Counted from the first letter of the stretch, positions 37,119 to 50,999 are shown. The stretch is 64,000 nucleotides of DNA from Octopus vulgaris (GCA_951406725.2 OX597831.1:69130001-69194000); one strand, 5' to 3'. The notes: generated by a model from the sequence alone, not told the origin. Program-made: numbers and translations.

Positions 37119-37924
37119 TATAAATTAGGAGTAAAATACACTTCCTTACACTCATTCAAAGAAAGTATTGCACACACTTCAGCAAGTTACTATGGATTGG
37201 CAGTTGTATTTTGGAGGGAGTAACCAGATTTGTAGTGGTGCCATGTTTTGAAAGGTTAAAGGTAAGATAGAGGGAGAAGTACAGGTGTCTTACTATAAAA
37301 GAGGAGATACATGGCTGAAGAAGATAAAAAGAAAGGCAGTAATGGGGTACTAGAGAAAACTCTCTAAGTACAAGAGGGTGAGTATAAGAGGGGGTATGTA
37401 TAATGGGTTATGTGAGGGGCTGAGAGAGATGATATTTTCATAAGAGTGTGAAAGGGTAGCAATAGATGCTTAAAGATGGTAGAGATGAATATAGTGAGTG
37501 ATGATCAAGGAGTGGTGTGGTTGAAGGAAAATAGTTGTATGGAGTAGTGCAAGGTGAGAGATATAGGGGTCGTTCAGGAAAAAGAATAGATGTGAAAATA
37601 GTGGGATGATGTGTAAGATATAGGAGCAGTGGAGAGAGATAAGAAAGTACATGAGGGCTACAGTAAGTTTGGTATGATGATAGATATAAGAAGGCATTGA
37701 GAATAATAGCAGAGAAGAGAGGTGTTGAGAATGGAGTATAGCAGAGAGGAGAGAGAGCAACAACAGAATGTAGAGAATGGTGGTGATTGATGGGAATAGT
37801 TTGGGCAGGGATGATAATGAGTGATGGAAATAGTTTCAAAGGAGGAGAGAGGAATAAGGTGACAGGAAGTGAGAGGATATAATATGGGCCAACTCTGCCT
37901 TCAGATGATTATAGCAAGTGAGCA

Positions 37925-38130
37925 ATACCTATTTCTTTATTACCCACAAGGGGCCAAACATAGAGGGGACAAATAAGGACTGACATAGGTATTAAGTCGA
38001 TTACATCGACCCCAGTGCGTAACTGGTACTTAATTTATCGACCCCGAAAGGATGAAAGGCAAAGTCGACCTCGGCAGAATTTGAACTCAGAACGTAGCGG
38101 CAGATGAAATACCGCTCAGCATTTCGTCCG
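37925..38130 (-). mobile_element. SINE family C, 5'-truncated
   Basis: Reverse complement matches 16806-17040. Confidence 0.85.
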
Positions 38131-38134
38131 TTTC

Positions 38135-38700
38135 TGAAGTGACAAACATTAAGGGAGAGATGGGAATTGGTGGGAGGAAGGGTGGCTTGACATAGAGAGG
38201 AGTGGCAGGCAGGAACCCATACATAGAAGCATAACTGAGTGGTTTGAAGATACTTCGTTGTAATGGTTGGGTTTTCTTAAGCTCAGAAAAAAACACCAAT
38301 CATCTTGCTCCTTTGTTATCGCCTTCATAAGGTTCAGCATGTTGAGATCACACTTCACTATTTTGTCTTATATCTTCCTGGGTCTCCCTCTTCTATATGT
38401 TCCATTAATACTTCATCACTTCTTTATGCAATTGTCCTCATCCATTTGCATCACCTGACCAAACAAATACAGTCTTTTTTTTTTCTTGTATACAACATTT
38501 GATTCCTCTTATGCCTAATGTTTTTCCAGTGCATTAGCACTTTGTTATACATATACACAGACATTGCACATCCAATGAAGCATATTATCTTAATTTCTCT
38601 CTAGTTTTTGCATATCTTCTGCATTCAGGGCCCATGTCTTACTATTGTGTAACATTGGTGTATGTACACTAACATCTTACAATTTGCCTTTTACTCAAAG
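38135..38700 (-). pseudogene. Decayed RTE LINE C-terminus and 3' UTR
   Basis: Remnants GQVMQMDEDNCIKK…GRPRKI*DKIVKCDLNMLNLMKAITKEQDDW are collinear with the RTE ORF end at 26100-26500. Confidence 0.65.
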
Positions 38701-39954
38701 AAAAGAGAAACTTCATGATTTGAAATTAGAGATGAAACAAAAAAAAAAAAAAATTGTTGTTTTTTTTTTTGTTGGCGCAATGTCACAGTTTTGAAAGAGA
38801 TGTATTTAATCAATTCAATTAACCATTTTTACTACCCATATTTGTCAGCAAATAGAAAATTTGAGTGTTGCAGATTCTAGAAAAATTATTGTTTCAGGAT
38901 CTTGAAATCTGAGAGTAAATATTATAAGAAACCTAATGCAGTCCTCTTCCAGTTCTACTCTCAAACACCACATATATTGTATCAAACTACAATAGAAATT
39001 CACAGACTGAAATCATATAGTGAACTGAGTACATAAAACCTTGCATTGTAGTATGATAACAGAAATTTAATTAACATAAATAATGTGTTATCAGTGAACA
39101 CAGCAAATATCTATATCTGTTGAGTTTTAGTTAAAACAGTTACTGTTACAGTGCAAGGGTGAATTAATTCTGTGAATGCTATACAGGTATTATATATAAA
39201 AAAAACATTAAATGTTTCAATCCTGTATCCTCAGGTAGTAAAAAGAATGTACAAGCCAAACTACAAGGCAATTACAATTTCAACATCTTTTGGGATTTAT
39301 GTAAGTTAGAGCAGAAGTTATATATTTTTCCAACTGGTTATTTTCAATTGCTGGTTTAAACATGCATAATAAAAGATACTTATGGTTCAACTTTAAACAA
39401 GGCAAAACTGGATTAATATTCTTATCTCTCCTATATGACTACTCTTTGTACAAAAATATTTCACTTTTCTTATAAATGAAATATGCATTTACCGTTGAAT
39501 CCTAGATTATCCAGCAATACATTTTTGGAGACATCCTCATCATCAACATCATGGCCACTGTCATCCTCATCATTATTATGTACTTGTAAAACAGCAGTGT
39601 CAGTGATACTGTCAGTTTTATTCTATTGAGCATCAAATCACTATTCATGTCTTTAGAGGTTCAGTACAAATCTTAGTGTTTTAACTGTAACAAGTAGACA
39701 TGTTTTCTGCAGCATCAGAAACTTTGTTATACTGACCATAGAAAGCTATTTAATGATCTTATACAGGAATTACCAGTGTTTTTCTGCTATCACAAAAACA
39801 TCTTCCAACTTTAGTTTCTGATATTTATATAACCTTTTGTTTTCATTTCGTTCACCCTGGTATCAAATGGACAGGTTGCATCTATTACTCTATGAATTCA
39901 AGTATTTTCTCTAATATAATGAAACCCAGTTTTGAATATTCCTGATCTTTTTTC

Positions 39955-40226
39955 TTGCCTGGCTCCCATGCCGGTGGCACGAAAAAAGCACCATCTGATC
40001 GTGGCCGTTTGCCAGCCTTGTCTGGCACCTGTGCCGGTGGTACGTAAAAAGCACCCACTACACTCACGGACTGGTTGGCATTAGGAAGGGCATCCAGCTG
40101 TAGAAACATTGCCAGATCAGACTGGGCCCGGTGCAGCCTTCTGGCTTCCCAGACCCCAGTTGAACCGTCCAACCCATGCTAGCATGGAAAGTGGACGCTA
40201 AACGATGATGATGATGATGATGATGA
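39955..40226 (+). mobile_element. RTE 3' UTR fragment with (GAT)n tail
   Basis: Homologous to 24939-25200 in reverse complement. Confidence 0.88.
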
Positions 40227-40342
40227 TTTTCCTATTTAATCAGTTCGTTTTCTTATTTATTATTTTATCTTTTGCCATCTTCTACAAGTCTTTCTCCATA
40301 GTGTTCCATATTTTGTTTTACACCCTTGTATAACTGATGTGT

Positions 40343-40612
40343 GAAGGTGCATGGCCTAGTGGTTAGAATGTGCACCCATGATTGTTTGATCATGGGTTCG
40401 ATTCCTGGGCCAGGTGGCACTTTGTGTTCTTGAGCAAAACGTTTCATTTCACATTGCTCCAGTTCACTCAGCTGCTAAATGGGTAACCTGACAACAGAAT
40501 AGTATTCTGACCGGGAGTAATGGTGGTCTGCTCACTTAGCCGGTCAGTTGGCATCATTCAAAGGTTAAAATGATGTGAAGCACATTGTGACCAGTGATGA
40601 ATAGCAACATAT
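40343..40612 (+). mobile_element. SINE family D carrying the tail type seen at 3150-3258
   Basis: A box TGGCCTAGTGG, B box GGTTCGATTCC, family-D body, then CTGCTCACTTAGCC…CACATTGTGACCAGTGATG. Confidence 0.75.
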
Positions 40613-40640
40613 AGTCAATACAATGATACTGAAATGATAA

Positions 40641-41031
40641 TTTTTTTTTTTACTTGTTTCAGTCATTTGACTGCGGCCATGCTGGAGCACCGCCTTTAAT
40701 CGAGCAACTTGACCCCGGGACTTATTCTTTGTAAGCCCAGTACTTATTCTATCGGTCTCTTTTGCCGAACCACTAAGAGACGGGGACATAAACACACCAG
40801 CATCGGTTGTCAAGCAATGCTAGGGGGACAAACACAGGCACACAAACATACACACACACACATATATGTATATACATATATACGACAGGCTTCTTTCAGT
40901 TTCCATCTACCAAATCCATTCACAAGGCTTTGGTCGGCCTGAGGCTATAGCAGAAGACACTTGCCCAAGGTGCCACGCAGTGGGACTGAACCCAGAACTA
41001 TGTGGTTGGTAAGCAAGCTACTTACCACACA
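40641..41031 (-). mobile_element. SINE family A
   Basis: Family match; 5' end slightly truncated. Confidence 0.9.
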
Positions 41032-41229
41032 TACTGGTGAGATGTCCTCTTTATTTGTATATCTTTTCATTACTCATATTCATATTGCCTGTATATGGTG
41101 TGCCATTAGAGTGCATTCAGTAGCTTTTTAAAAATCTACTTTCCATGTGCTTTTAAATACAGTGTTATTAAAGAAACTTCTATACAGTTTTTCCAGTTCA
41201 ATATTGCTGCTTTTATTACTATTGTTGTT

Positions 41230-41402
41230 AAGGCTGTGAGCTGACAGAAATGCTAAAACATCCTGATTTCAAATTCCAAAGTCAACTTTACCTTTCATCC
41301 TTTTGAGAATCGATAAAATAAGTACCAGTGATTATACTGGGGTCAGTGTAATCAACATGCCTCTCCCCTCAAGATTGCTGCCCTTGTGAAAAAATTAGAA
41401 AG
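41230..41402 (+). mobile_element. Old SINE family C relative
   Basis: GTCAACTTTACCTTTCATCC…GATAAAATAAGTACCAGT…CTGGGGTC. Confidence 0.65.
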
Positions 41403-41439
41403 ACTCATCATCATCATCATCATCATCTTATTATTATTA

Positions 41440-41471
<32 letters not shown>

Positions 41472-41851
41472 GGAGGTGCAATGGCCCAGTGGTTAGGGCA
41501 GCGGACTCGCGGTCGGAGGATCGCAGTTTCGATTCCCAGACCGGATATTGTGAGTGTTTATTGAGTGAAAACATCTAAAGCCCCACGAGGCTCCGGCAGG
41601 GGGTGATGGTGAACCCTGCTGTACTCTTTCACCATGACTTTCTCTCGCTCTTTCTTCCTGTTTCTGTTGTACATGTATTTTAAAGGGCCAGCCTTGTCAC
41701 ACTCTGCGTCACGCTGAATCTCCTCGAGAACTACGTTAAAGGTACACGTGTCTGTGGAGTGCTCAGCCACTTGCACGTTAATATCACGAGCAAGCTGTTC
41801 CGTTGATCATATCAGCTGGGACCCTCATTGTCACAACCGACGGAGTGCTCC
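41472..41851 (+). mobile_element. SINE family B, inserted in (TTA)n
   Basis: Full-length match with (TTA)n on both sides. Confidence 0.9.
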
Positions 41852-41883
<32 letters not shown>

Positions 41884-42346
41884 TTTTATAACTCTGCTTG
41901 TTCCTTCCTTAGTTACTTAATTCGTCCTTCTATTACACTCTTCATATAAATATGTGTTTCTATTTATCTATAAACACACAGAGAATGTCATACATTCACA
42001 CACATACACACACAAAGACACTGATACAGCACACACACACACCAATCTTAGTTGAGCACACACCAGATGCACACACACAAACACCAGATTTACGCATGCA
42101 TACACACAACAGAAGAATATATACATATAGAATTTATGGGAGCAACTGTCTTTGAAGATTCGTATTGCCATTGAATGCTCGAAATGAGGAGCAGATAGAC
42201 AGCCGACAATTGATGAAGCATCCTTCCTCTGGGTTAACTTGTCCTGTTTTCCATTTTTTCTCGTTTGTGTTTCATGTTATTTGCACCGTTGGTAACGTCC
42301 TGTAGCAATATAGGCATGTATTTTTATATATATATATATATATAAG

Positions 42347-42727
42347 GGAAGCACTCCGTCGGTTACGATGACAAGGGTTCCGGTTGATCCGATCAATGGA
42401 ACAGCCTGCTCATGAAATTAACGTGTAAGTGGCTGAGCACTCCACAGACACGTGTACCTTTAACGTAGTTCTCAGGGATATTCAGCATGACACAGAGAGT
42501 GACAAGGCCAGCCCTTTGAAATACAGGTACAACAGAAACAGGAAGTAAGAGTGAGAGAAAGTTGTGGTGAAAGAGTACAGCAGGGATCACCACCATCTCC
42601 TGCCGGAGCCTCGTGGACCTTTTAGGTGTTTTCACTCAATAAACACTCACAACGCCCGGTCTGGGAATTGAAACCGCGATCCTACGACTGCGAGTCCGCT
42701 GCCCTAACCACTGGGCCATTGCGCCTC
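42347..42727 (-). mobile_element. SINE family B, inserted in (TA)n
   Basis: Full-length match. Confidence 0.9.
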
Positions 42728-42728
42728 T

Positions 42729-42804
<76 letters not shown>

Positions 42805-43355
42805 CATGTGTGTGTTGTGTGTGTCTGTGTGTCCTTACACACACACATCCATTTATGTTTGTAGATGCACATACCCACAGATATACATATATACAAATAT
42901 ATATCATGCAAATCAATATAAATTTGACACCTAGATATACACTCAACTAAAGATAGGCATAGAAATATAGCAACATAGATACACTAATAGACATATGTAA
43001 AAGGTAATCTGCCCTCTCGCTATATATATTTATTATTATTTATTTTTATGGTGTTGGCTTTTGTGTAGACAAAAGACAAAGATAATTTAGTAGAAATTAA
43101 GAGAATAAAAACTAGAAATATTTGGCTGGCTGTAAAGATTATCTGCTAGTTAGGTTATAAACCTGTCAATGCATACTTGTGCTTAGAAACCAGCCTGTAT
43201 ACACACAAACATATACACTGACATACTTTCACACACTCACACACATCTTCCTCTCAATACAAACATACATATGCATATACACAAACTTGCACTTCATTGG
43301 TCACAATACAACATTTCCATCATACATATGCATATAAAAACTTGCACTTCATTGG

Positions 43356-43654
43356 TCACAATGACAAGGGTTCCAGTTGATACGATCAACAGAACAGCTT
43401 GCTCATGAAATTAGCATGCAAGTGGCTGAGCTCTTCACAAACACACGTACCCTTAACATAGTTCTCAGGAAGATTCAGCATAACACAGACAGTGACAAGG
43501 CTAACCCCTTTGAATTACAAGTACAACTCAGTTTTGCAGGCTGCATGGACTGGAGCAATGTGAAATGAAGTGTTTAAGGACATAATGCCAAGAATAAAAC
43601 TCACAACCTTGTGACCATGAGATGAATACCCTAATAACTAAGTCATGTGCCTTC
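43356..43654 (-). mobile_element. SINE family D head/body with family-B tail
   Basis: 43356-43530 aligns with the family-B tail; 43530-43654 aligns with the family-D body and head (GGACTGGAGCAATGTGAAATGAAGTG). Confidence 0.7.
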
Positions 43655-43655
43655 G

Positions 43656-43850
43656 ATAGATCGTTAGCCACTACACACATTTTTTTTTCCATCCTTGCTT
43701 CTCTCCTTGTTTTTTCTGTGTTCCTTTCTGTAGAAGAGCGTAGGCTCGAAACATAAAAGACTTTTTCTATTCCTGAGCTTTATACTAATACATCTGTTTG
43801 TTTTGTACACCACCTGTCTTCATCTTTTGTTTTTTTCGTAAACTCTCCAT
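43656..43850 (+). mobile_element. Short PLE-like repeat with variant hammerhead motif (43723-43760)
   Basis: CUUU-CUGUAGA-A-GAGC-GUAG-GCUC-GAAAC-AUA-AAAG; ends in TA; partial second copy at 18293. Confidence 0.5.
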
Positions 43851-44074
43851 ATATAGATATATACAAACATACATACAAGATTCATTGACCTAGGGAAGGC
43901 TCTTGACATTCAGTAGCTCATGTACTTACTATGGAAATTGTATATAGATAAATGACTTGTCAAGCAGTGCAACCCAGTTGCAGAGCAGGGTTTAGTATGG
44001 TTGTGAAACAAAGTGATAAAACGTGCAGATGGAAAGAAATGAGGTGGGCATGCTCCACTGGATATATATAATTA

Positions 44075-44470
44075 TCATCATCATTATCATCATCATTTAG
44101 CGTCCGCTTTCCATGCTAGCACGGGTTGGACTAAGCATGGAATAAAAGAACACATGAATGACAGAATTGAGAGATAAACTAAAAGTATAAGAGGAATTAG
44201 CTGTAGTATCATCATCGTTTAGCGTCTGCTTTCCATGCTAGCATGGGTTGGACGGTCCAATTGGGGTCTGGGAAGCCAGAAGGCTACACCAGGCTCCAGT
44301 CTGATCTGGCAATGTTTCTATGGCTGGATGCCCTTCCTAACGCCAACCACTTCGTGAGTGTAGTGGGTGCTTTTTACGTGCCACCGGCACAGTTGCCAGG
44401 CGAGGCTGGCAAATGGCCACGATCGGATGGTGCTTTTTATGTGCCACTGGCACGGGGTCCAGGTGACGCT
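44075..44470 (-). mobile_element. Two RTE 3'-end fragments (44075-44131 and 44207-44470)
   Basis: (CAT)n-GTTTAGCGTC…CCATGCTAGCATGGGTTGGAC occurs twice. Confidence 0.85.
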
Positions 44471-45289
44471 GTGAGTAAAAATATTTATAAAGTTACAAAC
44501 ATGGCGTGTATGGAAGAAGTCAGTTGGATAAAGATGTGCTAAACAATCGAAGTAGATCTTGCACCAGGAAAAGGCTGAGAATAATGTTGGAAGCCATGCA
44601 AGCTGATCTCAGAATCATAAAAGAGATAAGATGGTACCATAACTAAAGGTAAAAAGTTATGATGGTGATGATGATGATAGTGAAGACAACGACCATGGTG
44701 ATGTGAATGAAGACAGTGATGATGATGATGAAAACAACAGTGGCCCTTCATGTTCACTGAAATAAATAGAGCAGACAACTAAAGGATTAATAACTCTGAC
44801 CACTCTCTGTTAAACTATTGAATATTAAAGACATTTAAAGTCTTGAGATAATCAAAGGATGAGTAGTTACTTATGATAATCCTGTCTTTAATTTTAAGAA
44901 ACACTGTATATAAGACTAAATTACGTATTGTAATCTTATCGCATTAAGAGCTCGTTAGATGTGATATGAAGATTTCATTGTTATTCAATGTCGGATGAAC
45001 TCCCTTGTGAAAGCTGCCTCATCCTGTTATTTTTATATACCCCCTCTCTGTTTATCTACTTTTTCTTTATTACATACAGACACTTAAGAACACAAACACC
45101 TTTTGTGTGTGTGTGTGTGTGTGCATGCACAATCCCATACAATACTCCCACAAGGTAGGCAGAATTCAAATTTTGATACTTTAAATACTGTTTTACTAAT
45201 ATGGGGACGTTATAAAAACATACCTTTTACCGCATTCAAGTTCAAACATACATGCAGACATATATACTAACTTACAGGAAGCGCACTCT

Positions 45290-45590
45290 AACAAAACACA
45301 TAGTGACATACAGGTGCCTGCAAACACACACACACACGCTCACGTACATACACACACACACGCGCGCGCTCATGTACACACACACACATACACACACGCT
45401 CACGTATACACACACACTGCATACACACACACATATGCGCACACACACACACAGACGCTCGCGTATACACACATGCTGCATACACACACACACGCTTGCG
45501 TACACATACACACACTCTCTCTCACACACACATACACTCTCACACACATATACATGCACACACACACGCACCCATGCACAAACACTAACA
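45290..45590. repeat. Degenerate (CA)n-rich tract
   Basis: Direct inspection. Confidence 0.9.
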
Positions 45591-46218
45591 AACAGAATTT
45601 AATCCTCTCAGGATTATCTTTTGATGAGTAAACAACTGTTGTGTATAATTCACATTGTTTAACTGTCAACTCATTAGTGGGTTAAAGCAAAAATCAAAGT
45701 GACGGACATCCATTAAGCTTATATAGCATACCAACGTAGCATCAGTGGTAAATATACGGTTTTGTGTTGATAATAACAAAACTAAAATTATGACAAAATT
45801 CTGTAGAAATATCAAAGACTCATTTGACATTGCATCAGTCTACATCACAAAGTAAGATATTAGAAGAAAGATTAATTAATATGCCTTAGAAGTTAGTTGT
45901 TTATGCTATGGAAGAGGAATAAAAATAATACATACCAATTTTCATGAATAATGATTAAATAATATTTATAAATCCCATCATGTATTTTTTATGGAATTGC
46001 CTAACATCTGGAATGCATTGTTATTGAGGAAGTAGCTTATAATCTTTATGATAATATCGGTAAGTGGAAGACTTTGTATGGCAGCTCACTATTATTTATA
46101 CAGAGCTGTAAGGAATTTTATCAGCCTGAAACTATAAATCACTGTTATAAGATGAAATAACTAGAACAGTAGGGGACAATTAAATGCTTCAATTTTAGCA
46201 ATATAATATGAGCTCTCA

Positions 46219-49200
46219 ACTGCACTCAAATAATTTTCCCTGGTTTTATTCCAGTTCCATCACTTTACTGCACTCAAATCATTTTACCTGGTTTTATTCC
46301 AGTTCCATCACTCTACAGCACTCATATCATTTTCCCTGTTTTATTCCAGTTCCATCACTCTACTGCACTCAAATCATTTTACTTGGTTTTATTCCAGTTC
46401 CATCACTCTACTGCACTCAAATCATTTTCCCTGGTTTTATTCCAGTTCCATCACTCTACTGCACTCAAATCATTTTACCTGGTTTTATTCCATTCCATCA
46501 CTCTACTGCACTCAAATCATTTTACCTGGTTTTATTCCAGTTCCATCACTCTACTGCACTCAAATCATTTTCCCTGGTTTTATTCCACTTCCATCACTCT
46601 ACTGAACTCAAATCATTTTCCCTGGTTTTATTCCAGTTCCATCACTCTACTGCACTCAAATCATTTTCCCTGGTTTTATCCAGTTCCATCACTCTACTGC
46701 ACTCAAATCATTTCCCTGGTTTATTCCAGTTCCATCACTCTACTGCACTCAAATCATTTCTCTGGTTTTATTCCAGTTCCATCACTCTACTGCACTCAAA
46801 TCATTTTCCCTGGTTTTATTCCAGTTCCATCACTCTACTGCACTCAAATCATTTTCCCTGGTTTTATTCCAGTTCCATCACTCTACTGCACTCAAATCAT
46901 TTTACCTGGTTTTATTCCAGTTCCATCACTCTACTGCACTCAAATCATTTTACCTGGTTTTATTCCACTTCCATCACTCTACTGCACTCAAATCATTTTC
47001 CCTGGTTTTATTCCAGTTCCATCACTCTACTGCACTCAAATCATTTTCCCTGGTTTTATTCCAGTTCCATCACTCTACTGCACTCAAATCATTTTCCCTG
47101 GTTTTATTCCAGTTCCATCACTCTACTGCACTCAAATCATTTTCCTGGTTTTATTCCAGTTCCATCACTCTACTGCACTCAAATCATTTTCCCCTGGTTT
47201 TATTCCAGTTCCATCACTCTACTGCACTCAAATCATTTTCCTGGTTTTATTCCAGTTCCATCACTCTACTGCACTCAAATCATTTTCCCTGGTTTTATTC
47301 CAGTTCCATCACTCTACTGCACTCAAATCATTTTCCCTGGTTTTATTCCACCCATCCAGTTCCATCACTCTACTGCACTCAAATCATTTTCCCTGGTTTT
47401 ATTCCAGTTCCATCACTCTACTGCACTCAAATCATTTTCCCTGGTTTTATTCCAGTTCCATCACTCTACTGCACTCAAATCATTTTCCCTGGTTTTATTC
47501 CAGTTCATTTTCATTCCAGTTCCATCACTCTACTGCACTCAAATCATTTTCCCTGGTTTTATTCCAGTTCCATCACTCTACTGCTCAAATCATTTTCCCT
47601 GGTTTTATTCCGTTCCATCACTCTACTGCACTCAAATCATTTTCCCTGGTTTTATTCCAGTTCCATCACTCTACTGCACTCAAATCATTTTCCCTGGTTT
47701 TATTCCAGTTCCATCACTCTACTGCACTCAAATCATTTTCCCTGGTTTTATTCCAGTTCCATCACTCTACTGCACTCAAATCATTTTCTCTGGTTTTATT
47801 CCAGTTCCATCACTCTACTGCACTCAAATCATTTTCCCTGGTTTTATTCCAGTTCCATCACTCTACTGCACTCAAATCATTTTCCCTGGTTTTATTCCAG
47901 TTCCATCACTCTACTGCACTCAAATCATTTTCCCTGGTTTTATTCCAGTTCCATCACTCTACTGCACTCAAATCATTTTCCCTGGTTTTATTCCAGTTCC
48001 ATCACTCTACTGCACTCAAATCATTTTCCCTGGTTTTATTCCAGTTCCATCACTCTACTGCACTCAAATCATTTTCCTGGTTTTATTCCAGTTCCATCAC
48101 TCTACTGCACTCAAATCATTTTCCCTGGTTTTATTCCAGTTCCATCACTCTACTGCACTCAAATCATTTTCTCTGGTTTTATTCCAGTTCCATCACTCTA
48201 CTGCACTCAAATCATTTTCTCTGGTTTTATTCCAGTTCCATCACTCTACTGCACTCAAATCATTTTACCTGGTTTTATTCCAGTTCCATCACTCTACTGC
48301 ACTCAAATCATTTTACCTGGTTTTATTCCAGTTCCATCACTCTACTGCACTCAAATCATTTTCCCTGGTTTTATTCCAGTTCCATCACTCTACTGCACTC
48401 AAATCATTTTCCCTGGTTTTATTCCAGTTCCATCACTCTACTGCACTCAAATCATTTTCCCTGGTTTTATTCCAGTTCCATCACTCTACTGCACTCAAAT
48501 CATTTTCCCTGGTTTTATTCCAGTTCCATCACTCTACTGCACTCAAATCATTTTCCCTGGTTTTATTCCAGTTCCATCACTCTACTGCACTCAAATCATT
48601 TTCCCTGGTTTTATTCCAGTTCCATCACTCTACTGCACTCAAATCATTTTCCCTGGTTTTATTCCAGTTCCATCACTCTACTGCACTCAAATCATTTTAC
48701 CTGGTTTTATTCCAGTTCCATCACTCTACTGCACTCAAATCATTTTCCCTGGTTTTATTCCAGTTCCATCACTCTACTGCACTCAAATCATTTTCCTGGT
48801 TTTATTCCAGTTCCATCACTCTACTGCACTCAAATCATTTTCCTGGTTTTATTCCAGTTCCATCACTCTACTGCACTCAAATCATTTTCCTGGTTTTATT
48901 CCAGTTCCATCACTCTACTGCACTCAAATCATTTTCCCTGGTTTTATTCCAGTTCCATCACTCTACTGCACTCAAATCATTTTACCTGGTTTTATTCCAG
49001 TTCCATCACTCTACTGCACTCAAATCATTTTAACTGGTTTTATTCCAGTTCCATCACTCTACTGCACTCAAATCATTTTCTCTGGTTTTATTCCAGTTCC
49101 ATCACTCTACTGCACTCAAATCATTTTACCTGGTTTTATTCCAGTTCCATCACTCTACTGCACTCAAATCATTTTCCCTGGTTTTATTCCAGTTCCATCA

Positions 49201-49983
49201 CTCTACTGCACTCAAATCATTTTCCCTGGTTTTATTCCAGTTCCATCACTCTACTGCACTCAAATCATTTTCCCTGGTTTTATTCCAGTTCCATCACTCT
49301 ACTGCACTCAAATCATTTTCCCTGGTTTTATTCCAGTTCCATCACTCTACTGCACTCAAATCATTTTACCTGGTTTTATTCCAGTTCCATCACTCTACTG
49401 CACTCAAATCATTTTCCCTGGTTTAATTCCAGTTCCATCACTCTACTGCACTCAAATCATTTTACCTGGTTTTATTCCAGTTCCATCACTCTACTGCACT
49501 CAAATCATTTTCCCTGGTTTTATTCCAGTTCCATCACTGTACTGCACTCAAATCATTTTCCCTGGTTTTATTCCAGTTCCATCACTCTACTGCACTCAAA
49601 TCATTTTCCCTGGTTTTATTCCAGTTCCATCACTCTACTGCACTCAAATCATTTTCCCTGGTTTTATTCCAGTTCCATCACTCTACTGCACTCAAATCAT
49701 TTTCCCTGGTTTTATTCCAGTTCCATCACTCTACTGCACTCAAATCATTTTCCCTGGTTTTATTCCAGTTCCATCACTCTACTGCACTCAAATCATTTTC
49801 CCTGGTTTTATTCCAGTTCCATCACTGTACTGCACTCAAATCATTTTCTCTGGTTTTATTCCAGTTCCATCACTCTACTGCACTCAAATCATTTTCCCTG
49901 GTTTTATTCCAGTTCCATCACTCTACTGCACTCAAATCATTTTCTCCGGTTTTATTCCAGTTCCATGACTCTACTGCACTCAA
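46219..49983. repeat. 48-bp tandem satellite/minisatellite, about 78 units
   Basis: Unit TGCACTCAAATCATTTTCCCTGGTTTTATTCCAGTTCCATCACTCTAC; very homogeneous; explains the 941-aa and 1210-aa ORFs (16-aa periodicity). Confidence 0.98.
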
Positions 49984-50464
49984 TACCTTTTATCCAACAC
50001 TCTCCCAATTCTTAAATCCTTCCAGCCCACAATAACATTCATCAATTATTTACAGGTAATTAATTAATGCTTCAATTACTGGATTATTGCTGTTGGGTTG
50101 TTTTAACATTTTTAAAAACATTTATCTAACATCATTTGATGGTATACCATTAGAAGCTGTTTTACTTTCCACTTACATGTTTAATCATGCCACTGTTATA
50201 TGTACCATGCCACTGAGAAAATGCAGCCAGCAAGCTTTTGCAGCTTTTTCTTGTCCTTTCCCAAGACAATCTTTGCTAACATCACGAAAATTTGTTACTT
50301 GAATATCTCCAACCCAAACAGACTTGCTTGTAGACTTCACTACATTTCTTGCAGTTTAATTACTGCATAGAAAAGACTTTCAGCTACTTTGTAAGCCTTG
50401 ATTTATAGACTCATCTCAACTATTGGCAGCTCATTGTCATTTTGTATCCTGCAATGATTTTATA

Positions 50465-50983
50465 AAATCAAAATCAAATCAAAATCATTTCCATGACTGG
50501 CACCATACGAGTGTGATCGTTGACAGAGAGGCTATTCGAGTATGATCGTTACCAGCGTCGCCTTACTGGCACTTATGCCTGTGCTAGTAGGGTGCCAAGA
50601 ACACCATCCAAGCATGATCGTTGTGATCGTTGCCAGAGCAGCCAACTGGCTTCCGTACCCGTGGCACGTAAAAGGGCACCATTCGAGCGTGATCGTTACC
50701 AACGTTGCTTCACTGGCACCTGTGTTGGTGGCACGTATAAAAAGATTCGAGCGAAGTCATTGCCAGTACCGCCTGACTGGCCCCCGTGCAGGTGGCACGT
50801 AAAAAGCACCCACTACACTCTTGGAGTGGTTGGCATTAGGAAGGGCATCCAGCTGTAGATACTCTGCCAGATCAAGACTGGAGCCTGGTGCAGCCATCTG
50901 GTTTCCGGCCCTCAGTCAAAACCGTCCAACCCATGCTAGCATGGAAAACGGACGTTAAACGATTATGATGATGATGATGATGA
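50465..50983 (+). mobile_element. RTE 3' UTR fragment (different subfamily) with hairpin repeats and (GAT)n tail
   Basis: GTGGCACGTAAAA units and terminal AACCCATGCTAGCATGGAAAACGGACGTTAAAC(GAT)n. Confidence 0.85.
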
Positions 50984-50999
50984 TAAAAAAGTAATTTGT

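Noticed and set aside
46208-50015. 941-aa and 1210-aa ORFs as protein-coding genes
   Set aside because: They are translations of a 48-bp tandem repeat that lacks stops, drift among three frames and have no unique domain.
49990-50450. Minus-strand exon ending at the satellite edge (AAAG|GTATTG)
   Set aside because: All three frames contain multiple stops.
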